Below are positions 52,327 to 64,000 of a DNA stretch of 64,000 bases, one piece after another. Both the position numbers and the translations under genes were made by a program. Origin of the DNA: Azolla caroliniana (Eukaryota; Plantae; Polypodiophyta); assembly GCA_043228905.1 (NCBI GenBank), contig JBHGNT010000002.1, positions 25,668,001-25,732,000 on the forward strand, written 5' to 3'. Below the pieces are notes generated by a model. That model saw nothing but the letters and a program-made list of their open reading frames with translations, was not told where the DNA came from and did not search any database. Position 1 is the first letter of the stretch. Each line of letters begins with the position of its first letter.

Positions 52327-54820
52327 GTATGTGTGTACAGGTGCCATAATCTCGTATTTATTGATTTAATTGCTTTTGTTTGCTTACTAAATCCATCGTA
52401 CTTCACTTCACTTTCTACATCATGCAGCAAGATCCATGTTTCGGCCATCTATGTTGCATGCATGTCATGCATCAATAGCTAAAGCTGAAGCAAGATTCAA
52501 AGAGCTCTTCTTCTATGCACATATATTTAACTCGCTATGATTCACTTGATAGATTTGTTCCTAGGGCAGAAAGTTACCATCTGAGCAAAAATGTTGGATA
52601 AAAGAAATAGTGTGGGATACCTAGATACTGATACTCTTGGAAGGCTTGTATATAAAGCTTGAGTTGTTTTTAATAGAGGGGTTTTAGAGTAAGATGATAC
52701 TTATGTTCCCAAAATCCATCAATCTAGTTATTTTTCTTGGAGCTTAGAGTTTAAGGTCAGCCTTATTTGTTTTTGGAAACTTGGAAATTTTGATTTCAAG
52801 ATCTTTCTTTACGTCTTAAACTTTTTCAAATGTGATGTAGTAACAAAATAGTGAAGAAAATTCTTCATATAAGGTGAACGAATTTTTGCTGGAATCTTCA
52901 TATGGCAATAATAGTAGTGTGGGACAGAAGAGATGTCCGAAACGTACACGGCAATTCTGCACATGCATGTCCAAGTGTTTAAAACAATTTTCCTTTTATA
53001 TGAAAAGCAGTTGGAAGGTGGATAAGTCTGTCAAACATTAAAAGAAACTTAATGTTTTTGGGCATGCCTTTCTGCAGCTAGCTTTAGCTTTGTAGCATTT
53101 AATGTTACAATTTGCTTTATGCTTGATTTTGGAGCCTTGCTTTATTCTCTCGACGATCATCATGCTACTCCTAAGCCTTGCTTTTTGCTTGATTTCCTCA
53201 ATAATGGTTACAACTAGTAGAAGCCTAAGTATCCAAATGGATAATTGTGATTGACAATTTCCTGAATTTTCCAGTATAAAAGATGATATAGAGTATGCTA
53301 ATAGGAACAAAAATGTATGCGACAAGGACTTGATACCCAATGCATTTGAAACAAGGGTATAATTGTGTTTGAGGCTGCAAATTTCATACAATATATGCCT
53401 CAGCTATGTGAACAAGAAGTTAAGAAGTGTTTAATGATTTACTCTAAATGTGAATGAGGTTCTTGCCTCTCCAATTGTAAGTTGTATATAGAAAGTCATA
53501 GACTAAGTGACTGTGTAGACTTCCTAAGGTATTGATGGGACATTAACCTTTAGGATGATTGCGGATGATATATATCACATCACCCTCAGCAAATAATGAA
53601 GCCAATGAATGTTACAATGATAGAATCATTATAGACGATTTATTTATGTGAAGAAATATAGATATGTCCAAAATGTTTTTCATGATTTCCCTAGTTATTG
53701 TCCTTATGGTTTTGTTATTTGCCAAATGCCGTTGTCAACTTTGGAAATGATATTTCTGGTTGACTGAGGTCATATAGGAAATGACAAAGACTTCAGGTTA
53801 TTTGAGACATTAAAGAGAAACAACGGTGTATATTAGAATTTTCTGTTGATCATAATGCCTTCATTTAATATTGAAATCAAATACTTTGTATGGATATAAT
53901 TTGATCTACTCCTAATCTCATGGTTATTTTTTGCATGCACTACTAAAAAGAATGGTTCTTCCCACTTCCAATGTTCATCAATTTTGGTGGTTGTATCATC
54001 TTGACCAATGTATAGTATCAATGTTGTATTGATAACTATAGTAATGAATGAAAGTTTGTTTTCTCTGAGCTTCTCGTACTATTATTAGGTGTGCAATATA
54101 AATTGAAGTGCTTACATGTAAAATGTTTGTTCCATTATGGCAAAATCTTGTGGCAATCCCCCTAGATGTTGCTTGCCACCCATATCCATTAGTGGTTAAA
54201 AATGTTCTTAATTCACTTATGCATATACATATATGTTTCACGTCTCATTGTTGGAACCCCATGCTTCTAATCCCATTCTAGTTCTAGTGCCACCACCTCT
54301 ACATCTTGTTCTAGTTGTTGATGGACCTAAATTTGAGGTGATCAATGTTACTTTAAACTCCAAGATCAGGTGACAACTTAAATTACCTTGTTAATGCCAA
54401 ATGATTGATGTTGGGAACCCATTGTAGTCTTTCTAATGGCTAAGCTTTTGTATAAATATTTCATTTTGTCGGTATCTTGATAAACCAATTATTCAGGCAC
54501 TAGGACATGTGGAACTTATTAGTAGACTATTAAACTTTAACCTTTACATCTATTCTTATACATGAACACCACATCATTATGATATTCTACACTAATTATT
54601 GAATCACATTGTGGTTTGATAGCTATGTGTGATCACCAAGTGACAACCATACATAAAACTAGAAGTACTCTATATTATAGGGATGATTTGGTTAATGTTG
54701 ATCCATCCTAGTTCAATGTTAGTCTTCTACATAATCTTGTATTTCTTGTTCTTATTTTCTATAATAAATTCCTTGTCTATATTTTCCTTTCTCAATCTAG
54801 CGTTGTTTTTGGCAATAACA

Positions 54821-54828
54821 CCCCCCCC

Positions 54829-54896
<68 letters not shown>
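54821..54896. repeat. Poly(C) plus (CA)n microsatellite
   Basis: Direct sequence. Confidence 0.9.
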
Positions 54897-54897
<1 letters not shown>

Positions 54898-55249
54898 CAT
54901 TCTCATCCTCCACAGCGAACTCCCTTCAATAATGTATGCATGATCATTATATGCTACATCATTATTAAGTTCTTGAACGTGCTCTATTATATCATGAAAC
55001 TTACTCAGGACATGTTTCACCCTTTTAATTCTCTTATCTGTCATAGAAAGGTCTTGGCTTATATCACTATGATCTCCAATCAACTAAAATAAACACAAAT
55101 CATAAAGGTGATATAAATGACACATCAACATTAACTAAAATTATAAATTAAATTCATGCAAATTATTAACATTTACCCATTCATTATTGTTTAAATTTCT
55201 TAATTTGTCATGAAATTCTTTGATACCATACTTTGATTTGATACATCAT

Positions 55250-56000
55250 GATCCTTCATTTTCGAGCAAATATCTTGTCCATGCATTTGAGAAAGTTTCA
55301 CAGAATACTTACCTCAAACCATTCTATGAGTACTATATATCTCAAAAACTTTGTAGCACGATCAATAATGTATCATGAAATATAGTATAAATCTAATTAC
55401 AACAACTCGTTATAGACAATTTAGACCAATTTTTTTTCCTTGGACAAGATATTGACCATTGTTGAGGTTGGTTGGTGAAGTTTGGGGTAGAGTTGGACAT
55501 ATTGGAGTTGTATATATGAACTACCTCCCATGCTTCATGTTCTTGACAAAACTTTTACCATCTAAGTAGTAGCGAGGAATCTTTGTTTTTTGTTTAGTAT
55601 TCTTGATAATGTCCACAACTTTACATTTTTTCGAGACGATACCAAATGGAATAAACTATATTCTACATGGATGTCAATTCCATATTTTTGGATGGATAAT
55701 ATTTTAGGAAGGCTTTGATAAACTACTTGGTTGATCATCAAGATGAACCTTCTTACAATTATGGAAAGGTTTGTGGGCACCAACGGTATTGCGAATCAAA
55801 TTACTCATGGTAAGCAATGAATGTTAAGATTAAGAAAGGAGGAATGGTGTAAGGGTACTTAACCACATCCGCTACTCTCGAGCAAAGGAATAGAGACAAC
55901 CATAAAATACCGTTGGTGTCTCAAGGATAAGATGAAGAGAGGAAACTGATCATCTCTACATATTGATGTTGAAAGAATATTTTAAAACTCCAAATTCATC
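55250..56000 (-). mobile_element. Degenerate Ty1/copia integrase remnant
   Basis: ORF 55562-55783 GIDIHVEYS...RKN....LSRIL resembles the GIxHxYS..PQQNG..ERxNRTL motif. Confidence 0.3.
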
Positions 56001-56999
56001 TAGTTAGTCATAAATTTTCTTCACATAGATCTATGGTTGTTGCCAATTAGTCTTTGTGGAATAAAGATCATTTATGAACCCTACATACTACTAATTGTAC
56101 TTCCCTTAAAAGTTAAATCAATATTGGTTTCACTATCCTCTTTCTTAACTCTACCACTACATGTTACCTCACATTATACCTTGGAAATTGAGATGAACGG
56201 ATCCAAAAGAGAGCTTTGTCTCACCAATAGAGTGTCTTGACAATGAGTCAAGATGTGGTAGCTCAAACTCAATTAGCTCCCAAACCACCACTTGTTCCCA
56301 TGTATAGTGGATCCTTATAGCTTTATCCTTACAAGCCCTAGGGTAACTAGTTTCCCAATTATCCTAAGTGTAAACCGTTGGCATTAGCTTTACAATTGGT
56401 CTCTAAGGTTATGCCTATAACATAGGGCCTAGTAAAAGGTGCTAATGGAATATAAGTCCTCACAATTGACATATTTAGGAGATGTCTTGTGGATCATGCC
56501 TTTTGATCAAAATTGACAATGATAAGTTAATGCTACCAATGTTTTATATGGAACGTTCATTGGTTCTCATGGGCACCAATGACGTTGAAATTGGTCATTT
56601 CAGGTGAGTGTTGATTTTTGAGTTGAAGATGACGAATCTTGATTTCATGCACTTTTAAGCCACATTTAGAGGTATGTGAAAGAGACAAGGAGATACTTGA
56701 GGTACTAAGTTGAGGTATAGAAACTAGAAAAGTTTTGGGCAACTAGAGTCTTATTTTTATTTTAATGATTCATTTTTATTCACCTATTGAATGAAATCCC
56801 TAGTTTAATGGCTAAGCATTTTGCCTTCCACACAAATTCTTAATACTAAGGAGGGCTAAATCCAATACTTTCAACTTATCATTGAAATTGTCGAGAAATT
56901 AGTTATGGAACAATACTAACTTAAATTGGAGTAAAACACCGATCGCCATTTCCTATGTCTTTCACCGACGAGTTGCTTGGACTAAATAAAGCATAAGGC

Positions 57000-58000
57000 A
57001 TGGAAGGTTGTGGATCAGCTTTCACATCAATGGTGGCTCATATGAATTTGATGTTGCCATATCTCAAGACTAGACCCAATATGTGTAGTGGGAGTGTTGG
57101 TAAAGTTTATAGAGCAGAGTCATTGGTAAGATGTGATCTATATTCTAATTATGTACCTGAAGAGCAGGGTTTGATTTGACATCAATTTTGGTCAAGAGAG
57201 AAAAGCTTGCGTGATACTATGATTTAGATTGGTGGGACATCCAGAGGACAAAAGGTCTGCCATAATCAGATTTAGTTCATTCTCCCCAGGGTTCAGAATA
57301 TTTCTCTACTGGACGTCCAGAAAGGCCTACCTTACTAGGAGTCAGCAATGGCTCGGTTCCAGCCTAATCCGAGCCGTCAAACTGTCTTAAATGGTTTGAC
57401 GGTTCGGCTCAGGCTTGAGCTTCGTAAACCGGTTTGAACTCGGTTTGGCAAGGCTGAAGCCGAACCAAACTGGTTAAGGCGAAACGGTTTGTCCAAACCA
57501 GTTCCTCGGTTTAGGAACCGGTTTGGTTCAATTTTGAAAACTACCAAGCCAGTTAAGCCGAAACTGAACCGTTGCGATACGTACTTGAGCTTCCTCTCTC
57601 AATGTCCTCTAGTGAAGGAGAGTACAAGATGGCATGTTATGTTGGATGCCAAAGGAGTATGGATTAGAAAGCTTCTATGGGAAATCAGGATACCAACCCT
57701 AAGTGGGATCTCTGGTAGAAATATATATATAACATATGACAACCAAATGCATTGCTGTCACAAATAATTTGGTTTAGGGTTTAGGAACTAAGTAGCATAT
57801 GGAGATTCCATGCTATGTGATCATATAAGAGAACTAACTTAGGTTGAGAAGGAGATCAAGTTGGAAGAAAATTGTCTTTATAAGCAGACAATTATGCTAA
57901 TCTCTTTTATATGAAGATGGTAGGCCTTGGGCGGATTAAGAAGCCACTTCCAGAGCATTCGGAGTGGGGACAATGCAGGGATTTGGAAATAGATAAAGCT
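57000..58000 (+). mobile_element. Degenerate Ty1/copia RT/RNase H remnant
   Basis: KGVWIRKLLWEI...YDNQ and RTKH/HxIRE-like residues at 57650-57860. Confidence 0.5.
57340..57582. mobile_element. Small non-autonomous hAT-like (AAACCG-rich) element inserted in the copia remnant
   Basis: Multiple AACCG/CGGTT motifs in both orientations, with imperfect terminal inverted similarity GCAATGGCTCGGTT vs AACTGAACCGTTGC. No clean TSD. Confidence 0.45.
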
Positions 58001-61000
58001 AGAATAATGTGAACAGTTACTATATAAAAGATGGAAGTAAAATATGAAAAAGAATATTAAGATGATGTAGTTAATAAGTGTGGACAAAGCACTTCAGTAA
58101 GTGTGAAGAAGTGCTAGTTACCCCTCGTAACTTAATCATGTGTCATAGCAACTTTAGAATGTTGTATGTTTAGTTCTTCATTCCTAGCCACTGATTTCCA
58201 AAAATTAGGAGCATTATGTGACATAAAGTTCCATTTAAATCATTTTCTCAGTTGTTATGGGACTTCCCTGCACTACTAATACATCTCTATCTACTCCATT
58301 ACAGTTTCTCTTTGTCAAATTGTTTGGCGCAATAGTTAACAAAATGCATATCAAAGCTAGCTTGGGAATTTGAATGATGCCTTCCCTTGAACTCACGTGC
58401 TAGAGTTACAATATATTTCCTACTTTGCAGCAAACTATTCATTGGGTTCTGTCATATGATTGCCCTTCTTGCCATTTGTTTTAGGCAAGATATCATAAAT
58501 ATCTCTTGTATATTGAGAAAATATATCTTACATATACCCTGGGTTAAATTAGGTTGCCTCCTAATTAATTGCTTTGTGCTAATTGGGTTAGATGAAAATC
58601 TAATTAGGTCTACCATACTTAATTATTTTGCACAATAAGTATGCATCATAGCTAACTAGTTTCCTTGATAGGCATCTCTAATTAGGTTGCATTATAATTG
58701 ATGCATTTGAATATCTAATAATAAGTAGCATTCCTTTGCTAAATCTAAATGAACTTTTCATTTGGCTTTGCACATTTCACTTTGCCCCTCTAGGCTAAGG
58801 TCTAGGCTTAAGAAAAATCTCCTCTAGTGTGTCTAGTGTTTTATCAAGGTTAATTTTGAAATGATGAAAGTGGCATTATCCCATATGTATATGAGTGGTA
58901 TTTATGATATTTTCTATGTCATCCAAGGGGGGGGGGGGGGGCATAGCCTTCCTTTCGCTACTTACATTGATTCTTTGGAGTGAAGGCATTGATAATTCGA
59001 CACGACTTTATATTGTGGGATCATATAAATGAGTTGCACTTAGTATTACTTGTTGTTATGATTTCTGCTAAGAGATCAACTCTTGTTATTAATCCTAAGA
59101 ATGTTGCTCTATCTCTACACATGTCAACAATGGTGTGAAAATGCATACACAAGGGGTAGTGTATGGTTTTTTTTCGTACCACAAGGCATGCACTTTCTTT
59201 TTCATTAGGACTCCATAGGTTATGGAACAAGCAAGCTTGAGATCATGACAATCACTCAATTAAGTAGGTTATTCCTCAAGTTTTCTAATACCTTGTTGGA
59301 TTGGCACATTATGTATTTAAAAAACCCCAAAAATGCTCAAACTCCAATTCATTTATTTGGCAATTAGTACTACATGTCCAAATTCTCCATTAAGTAGCAC
59401 CCTCTATATAAAAGAGCTTCAAATGTAGTCCAATTAAAGTTTCATATTAGTATAGATGATTTTGAGAATTTCTAAGGAACGCTATGATATTCTTGCCCTC
59501 TTATAGTAACCGTATATCTAATGACTTTGGTAAGGTGATAGCTTGATCCCTTGTTGTCATACCTAGGCTTCAACAAGGATGGAGTAAATGAGCTTGTGAG
59601 AAGTGACAATTTTGCATTTGCTCACTTCAAATAAACTAACATGATCACACTATTTTATTGAAGTGTTGACACAACTATTCAACCAGGGCTACAATATCAC
59701 GATCAATATGTACATACCTTGTATGAAGACTTCATTAGATTATGTAGAGAACAGTACTAATTAGGAGCTATTGAGCATGTACTGAGAATAAATAGTAAAC
59801 TATGAACTTAATCAACATTATCAAGCTTCTAAATGATTCACAATGGTTGTACAATCTATGCGAAACTTAGTGAGGACAACCAAAAGGTTCTTTCCATGAT
59901 CTAGCACCTAATATTTTCCTATCAATCTTCACAAAATATTGAAAGAAAGGCACATATTTTATGTGATCTTGCACCCACACCTTCCAATACGGTTTTCCAA
60001 GATCCCAAGCAAATGGTAAACCTTTTACATCCAATTGATCGAATTGTGTACACAACAATAGGTAGTCTACTTAGCTCCAACTTGGCATTCATGTATGTTA
60101 TTAAACATGAAATATATAAGAGCCTGAGAGAACTTACTTCTATATTATTCATCTGTATTAACATCATTTATCACTATATCACCAAATACCTAGTCAGTCA
60201 GGTACATGAATTTTGTTAAAAGTATGCATCCCACCCACAATTATATGGTCAAGTATATAGTTCCATCATTTCAACTCAACTATCTGGGTGTTATATTAAT
60301 AAGCTCATGTAATAGTCTCCATGTACAACTACAAGGTTATAACAATAAGTCTCCATCAATCTACAAGGTTATAACAGTAATGAAGATTGTAATGCACGTG
60401 TTAGAGACCCAATATAGCAAATGGCTAGTAGAAGGACAAGTAAACACGTGAATCTCTTCCTTGTCAAGACCAATTCGGATGTTAATTGAATGTTGGCCTA
60501 TGTAGAGGAGTTAATAATAAGACAATGGGAGAGACTCTAGAGAGACAAATGAAGGATTGGGGATACCCTAAGGGTTGAACACAGGATCCATTGGTGGAAC
60601 AATCTAGCATGGAGAATGTGTGTATGTATATGTGTGGAGTAGGATGCTATAAAGTTAAAGCTAGTGGCAAGTGGAGACCATAGTTATGGAAGACTGTTCA
60701 AATGTACAAAAACCAAGGTTCTTAACATTAAATGCATGCCCCCCTCCCCTTATTTCTTCTCTTCCTATTATTCTGAATTTTCATTTGTCTTCCTTTGCAT
60801 TATAATTATACCACCTTCTTTGCTCTTCCATTAATGAAGTGATGAAACTTTAAAAGCAACTGGTAGAAAAGCACACTTACAAGGTCCTTCAAAAACAAGT
60901 TTCTAGGAAACCCTAACTTAGGCAGCTTCTTCTACTTCTTCTTCTTCTGTTTTTAATACAAATTGAATTGTTAGATATATTGTCTTTTTTTTTTTTCTTT

Positions 61001-61495
61001 TTTTCTATCTTTTTTCTTGGGTATCAATTCTAGATCTCCATTTGGAAAAGTCCTAGGAAACTAACTCAAAAGTACAGTACAAGGAGATGGAAAGGTAAAG
61101 AGAGAGAGAGAGAGAGAAGAAGAAGAAGAAGAAGAAATTTTAACAAAAGGAAGAAAAAATAGGAAAAAACAAGAACCCCACAACAAACATTAAAACATCA
61201 TCTGAATCATCATGAAGCTTTGTGTGAGAGACTTGCCAAAAAAAGATGGATTTTTTCCTTTCCCTGGTTCTTCATTATTTTGAGATATTTGAAGGAGGGG
61301 GTCGGAGGGGGTCTTTTCCTGAAGGATATTCTTCTGAATGGTAGGTACTAACTCCTGCTTGACATGATGATTGATGATTGATGATTGATGAGGAGGGCCA
61401 TGGGATGATGATGATTGATGATGATGGTGATGGTGATTGTGGTGATGGTGATTATGGTGGTGATGATTGTGCCAACAATGATGAGACATTAGGGT

Positions 61496-62560
61496 TTAGT
61501 AAGGAGCACCAGATCGTCCGCCGCCGCCGCCGCCACCGCCGGGTGGTGCCCAGCCGCCGTACATATCCGACGGCTGCATTTGGCCGAGGTTGCCGGCCAA
61601 AAGGTTGGGCGGGACGTTGTTGTAGAGCGACATTGTAGAAGGGTCGACGACAGAGCCGGCCATTTGGTTCACGTTGCTGTTGTTACCCACGCCCACGCCC
61701 ACGCCCATGCCGCCGCCGCCGCCGCCCGATTGCCCTCCCATGCCGCCGCCTCCGCCCGCATCGTCGTCATCCAGCGGCAGCCGTTCGTAGGTGGCGGTGA
61801 GGAAGGAGGCGGCCATTACGATGACGGGACCCGACGCCAGCAGCGCGCCCACCACGCTCCCGCCCACGACCTGCCCTTGCCCGCCCGCCAAATAGATGGT
61901 GAGGCCAGTGGCCCCCGGCGGGGCCGGCGGCGGCAGGAAGGAGCCGGACAAGGAGAGTATCTCGAAGCGCCCCTGCAGCATCACCGTCGCGCCGGGGGCC
62001 GCCGGCTGGCGCAGCGTGACGTTGGTGACTGTGCCGGTGCCGCTGAGGATGCAGACGCCGCGCTGCCGCCGGCGCGCGTATGTGGAGATGGTGTCGCCCA
62101 CGTCGCAGCCGCTAGCGATCTCCAGGACGTGGGCGCGCAGGGCGTTGGGGGAGTCGCGGGTGATGATGATGGGGGGCTTGGGTTTGTTCTTGGATCCCGG
62201 GGGTCGGCCGCGGGGCCGGCGAGGGGCGTCATCGCCGCCGCCGGTGGTGGTGAGGGCGAGGTTGTTGGGGTCCGCGTTGGTATTGTTTCCACCGCCGCTA
62301 TTCCCGCTTGTGTCGTCGTCTGAATGCTGGCCCGCGGCGGCGGCGGCAGCGGCAGCGTTAGAGTGAACTAGGTTGTGGAGGTGCTGCTGGTGGTGATGCT
62401 GTTGTTGTTGTTGCTGCTGCTGGTGCTGCTGGTGATGGTGATGAGAATGAATGTTAGTGCTGTGGTTGTTGTTCCCTCCGCCTCCGCCGCCTCCGCCGCC
62501 GCCGTGATGGCTGGATGAAGAGAGCGGCAACCCTAAGAGTCCTGGATGGTGTCCTGCCAT
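61496..62560 (-). CDS. AHL: AT-hook motif nuclear-localized protein (AHL, clade A; AT-hook + PPC/DUF296), intronless
   Basis: 354-aa ORF with [73 protein letters not shown] and YERLPL. Confidence 0.97.
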   Translation of the reverse strand: MAGHHPGLLGLPLSSSSHHGGGGGGGGGGNNNHSTNIHSHHHHQQHQQQQQQQQHHHQQHLHNLVHSNAAAAAAAAGQHSDDDTSGNSGGGNNTNADPNNLALTTTGGGDDAPRRPRGRPPGSKNKPKPPIIITRDSPNALRAHVLEIASGCDVGDTISTYARRRQRGVCILSGTGTVTNVTLRQPAAPGATVMLQGRFEILSLSGSFLPPPAPPGATGLTIYLAGGQGQVVGGSVVGALLASGPVIVMAASFLTATYERLPLDDDDAGGGGGMGGQSGGGGGGMGVGVGVGNNSNVNQMAGSVVDPSTMSLYNNVPPNLLAGNLGQMQPSDMYGGWAPPGGGGGGGGRSGAPY

Positions 62561-63380
62561 GTTGAAATTGCGGCTGTGATGATTATATGCTGCAGCATTC
62601 CCCTCAGCCTATGAATCTCTCTCTCTTCCTCTGTTTCTACCCTTTTCTCTATCTGTCTTCCTCTCTCTCTCTCTCTCTCTCTATCTGCCTGTGTTGTGTT
62701 CACTGTTTTGGCCCTTCCTCCCTCGCTACCTATGTATTGTCTCTGTTAAGTATTACTTATTGGCGCTGATGGACAGACAGGGACGGAAGATGAAGCTAGA
62801 TAGAAACAGGGGGGAAGGAGGAGGATTAATGGAAGAAGGGAGAGTGATTATAGGGTTGTGTATATAATAAATAGCTTATATGTTCTAAGGCCAAAAGAAA
62901 ACAGAGGATTAAACACTCTAAAACTAGAGAGAGAGAGAGAGACACACACACACACACACTCAGAGAGGAAATCTATATTGAATGCTACAGAGAGACTTGG
63001 AAAGAGAGAGAGAGACAGAGAATCAATTCAGACTTCGAAGGAGAGAAGGGGGGGGGGAGGGGGGGAGGGGGAAATAAAACGTAGAAATAATATACATATT
63101 AGAGAGACACTAATACTCAGTCTTAAGCATTTAAAAGGATAGATATGAGAGAGAGAGAGAGAGTGTCTAGAGAGAAAACCTAGACGGAGAGGCTAGAGAG
63201 AGAAAGAGAAAGAGAGAGAGAATGTGTGTGTGTAGGTTTTTTAACCAAAGGGTAACAAACAAACAGACAGACAGACAGAGACAGAGACATTGAAGAATGA
63301 AAGAGGAGAGAAGGGAAGAAAGAAGAAAGGAAATGAATGAATGAAGTCGAGATTTGAACCTAGGACTTTTCAGGGAGTGG

Positions 63381-63426
63381 ATGACGTGGACTGCCACGTC
63401 GGACTGATGCCACGTGGACGCCAATC
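63381..63426. promoter_or_regulatory. Cluster of ACGT-core bZIP/bHLH sites (TGACGTGG, GCCACGTC, G-box GCCACGTGG) plus CCAAT upstream of AHL
   Basis: Three ACGT cores within 40 bp, ~0.8 kb upstream of the AHL ATG. Confidence 0.45.
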
Positions 63427-63722
63427 ATCCTCTCCCCCCCCTCCCCCTGCTGGCTCTTGGCGATCGATCTGACGGCTGTCTGCCGCCTCCCACGTTCTTC
63501 TCTGTAGAAAATGGACGGCTCAGATCCTTCATCTCTCTCTCTCTCTCTCTCTTTCTCTCTCCATATCCCATTCATTTGAGTCAGTGAGTCAGTCAGTGAG
63601 TCAAGTCATTCATCCGCCCCTGGCCAAATGCGAAACGATTCCATTTTTCTCTTTTCTGTCTCTCTATATTTCGCTTTCTTTGCTCTTTTTCTTATTATTC
63701 AATCTCCGCTCCTCCCCCAAAC

Positions 63723-63759
<37 letters not shown>

Positions 63760-64000
63760 AAAAAAGGGAAAGCCCAAGAGAGAGAGAGAGAGAGAGAGAA
63801 AGAGATGCTTTTGGCTTAGTTAAATGTTTTGGTTTCACATTAGCCGAGACAGGGCCAACACTCTTCCCATCTGCACGTTCTCTTTTTATGCGTCCAATGA
63901 TACTCAACCTAGAAAAGCAAATCAATGGCCAAAGCGCGCGCGCGCACACACACACACTCTTGTGTGTATGCTATGGGATGGGGGCCATGGCCTCTCGCTC

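Noticed and set aside
59500-60450. Possible copia RT remnant on the - strand
   Set aside because: Only weak similarity (LGKPYWK.. versus PxxxHWxAVKR), not enough to annotate.
61580-62366. Long + strand ORFs (247 aa and 156 aa) overlapping AHL
   Set aside because: Antisense shadows of a GC-rich coding sequence, with no recognisable protein features.

Overview
Eukaryotic, intron-rich nuclear DNA of a land plant. A seed-free vascular plant such as a fern is likely, but that is an inference from gene and repeat style. Six protein-coding genes were reconstructed by hand from splice sites: a TRF4/5-like (PAPD5/TENT4) nucleotidyltransferase (-, runs off the left edge), a BAH+Agenet chromatin protein (+), proteasome ubiquitin receptor RPN13 (-), a COG0212 5-formyl-THF cyclo-ligase-like protein (+), a MIF/MDL tautomerase (+, last exon not found) and an intronless GC-rich clade-A AHL (-). 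There is one tRNA-Thr(UGU). The rest is L1-like and RTE LINE fragments, degenerate CACTA/gypsy/copia remnants, a Mutator MITE with a perfect 9-bp TSD, and micro/minisatellites. The most unusual signals are: a ~200-bp microsatellite-embedded SINE-like element with tRNA-like modules at both ends facing each other (three copies, one scrambled into an array beside a tRNA gene lacking a T4 terminator); a nested retro-insertion hotspot with visible TSDs; a probable GC-AG intron; and short ORFs abutting the COG0212 and AHL genes. There is no prokaryote-type system or CRISPR. All family calls come from recognising motifs, with no database search.
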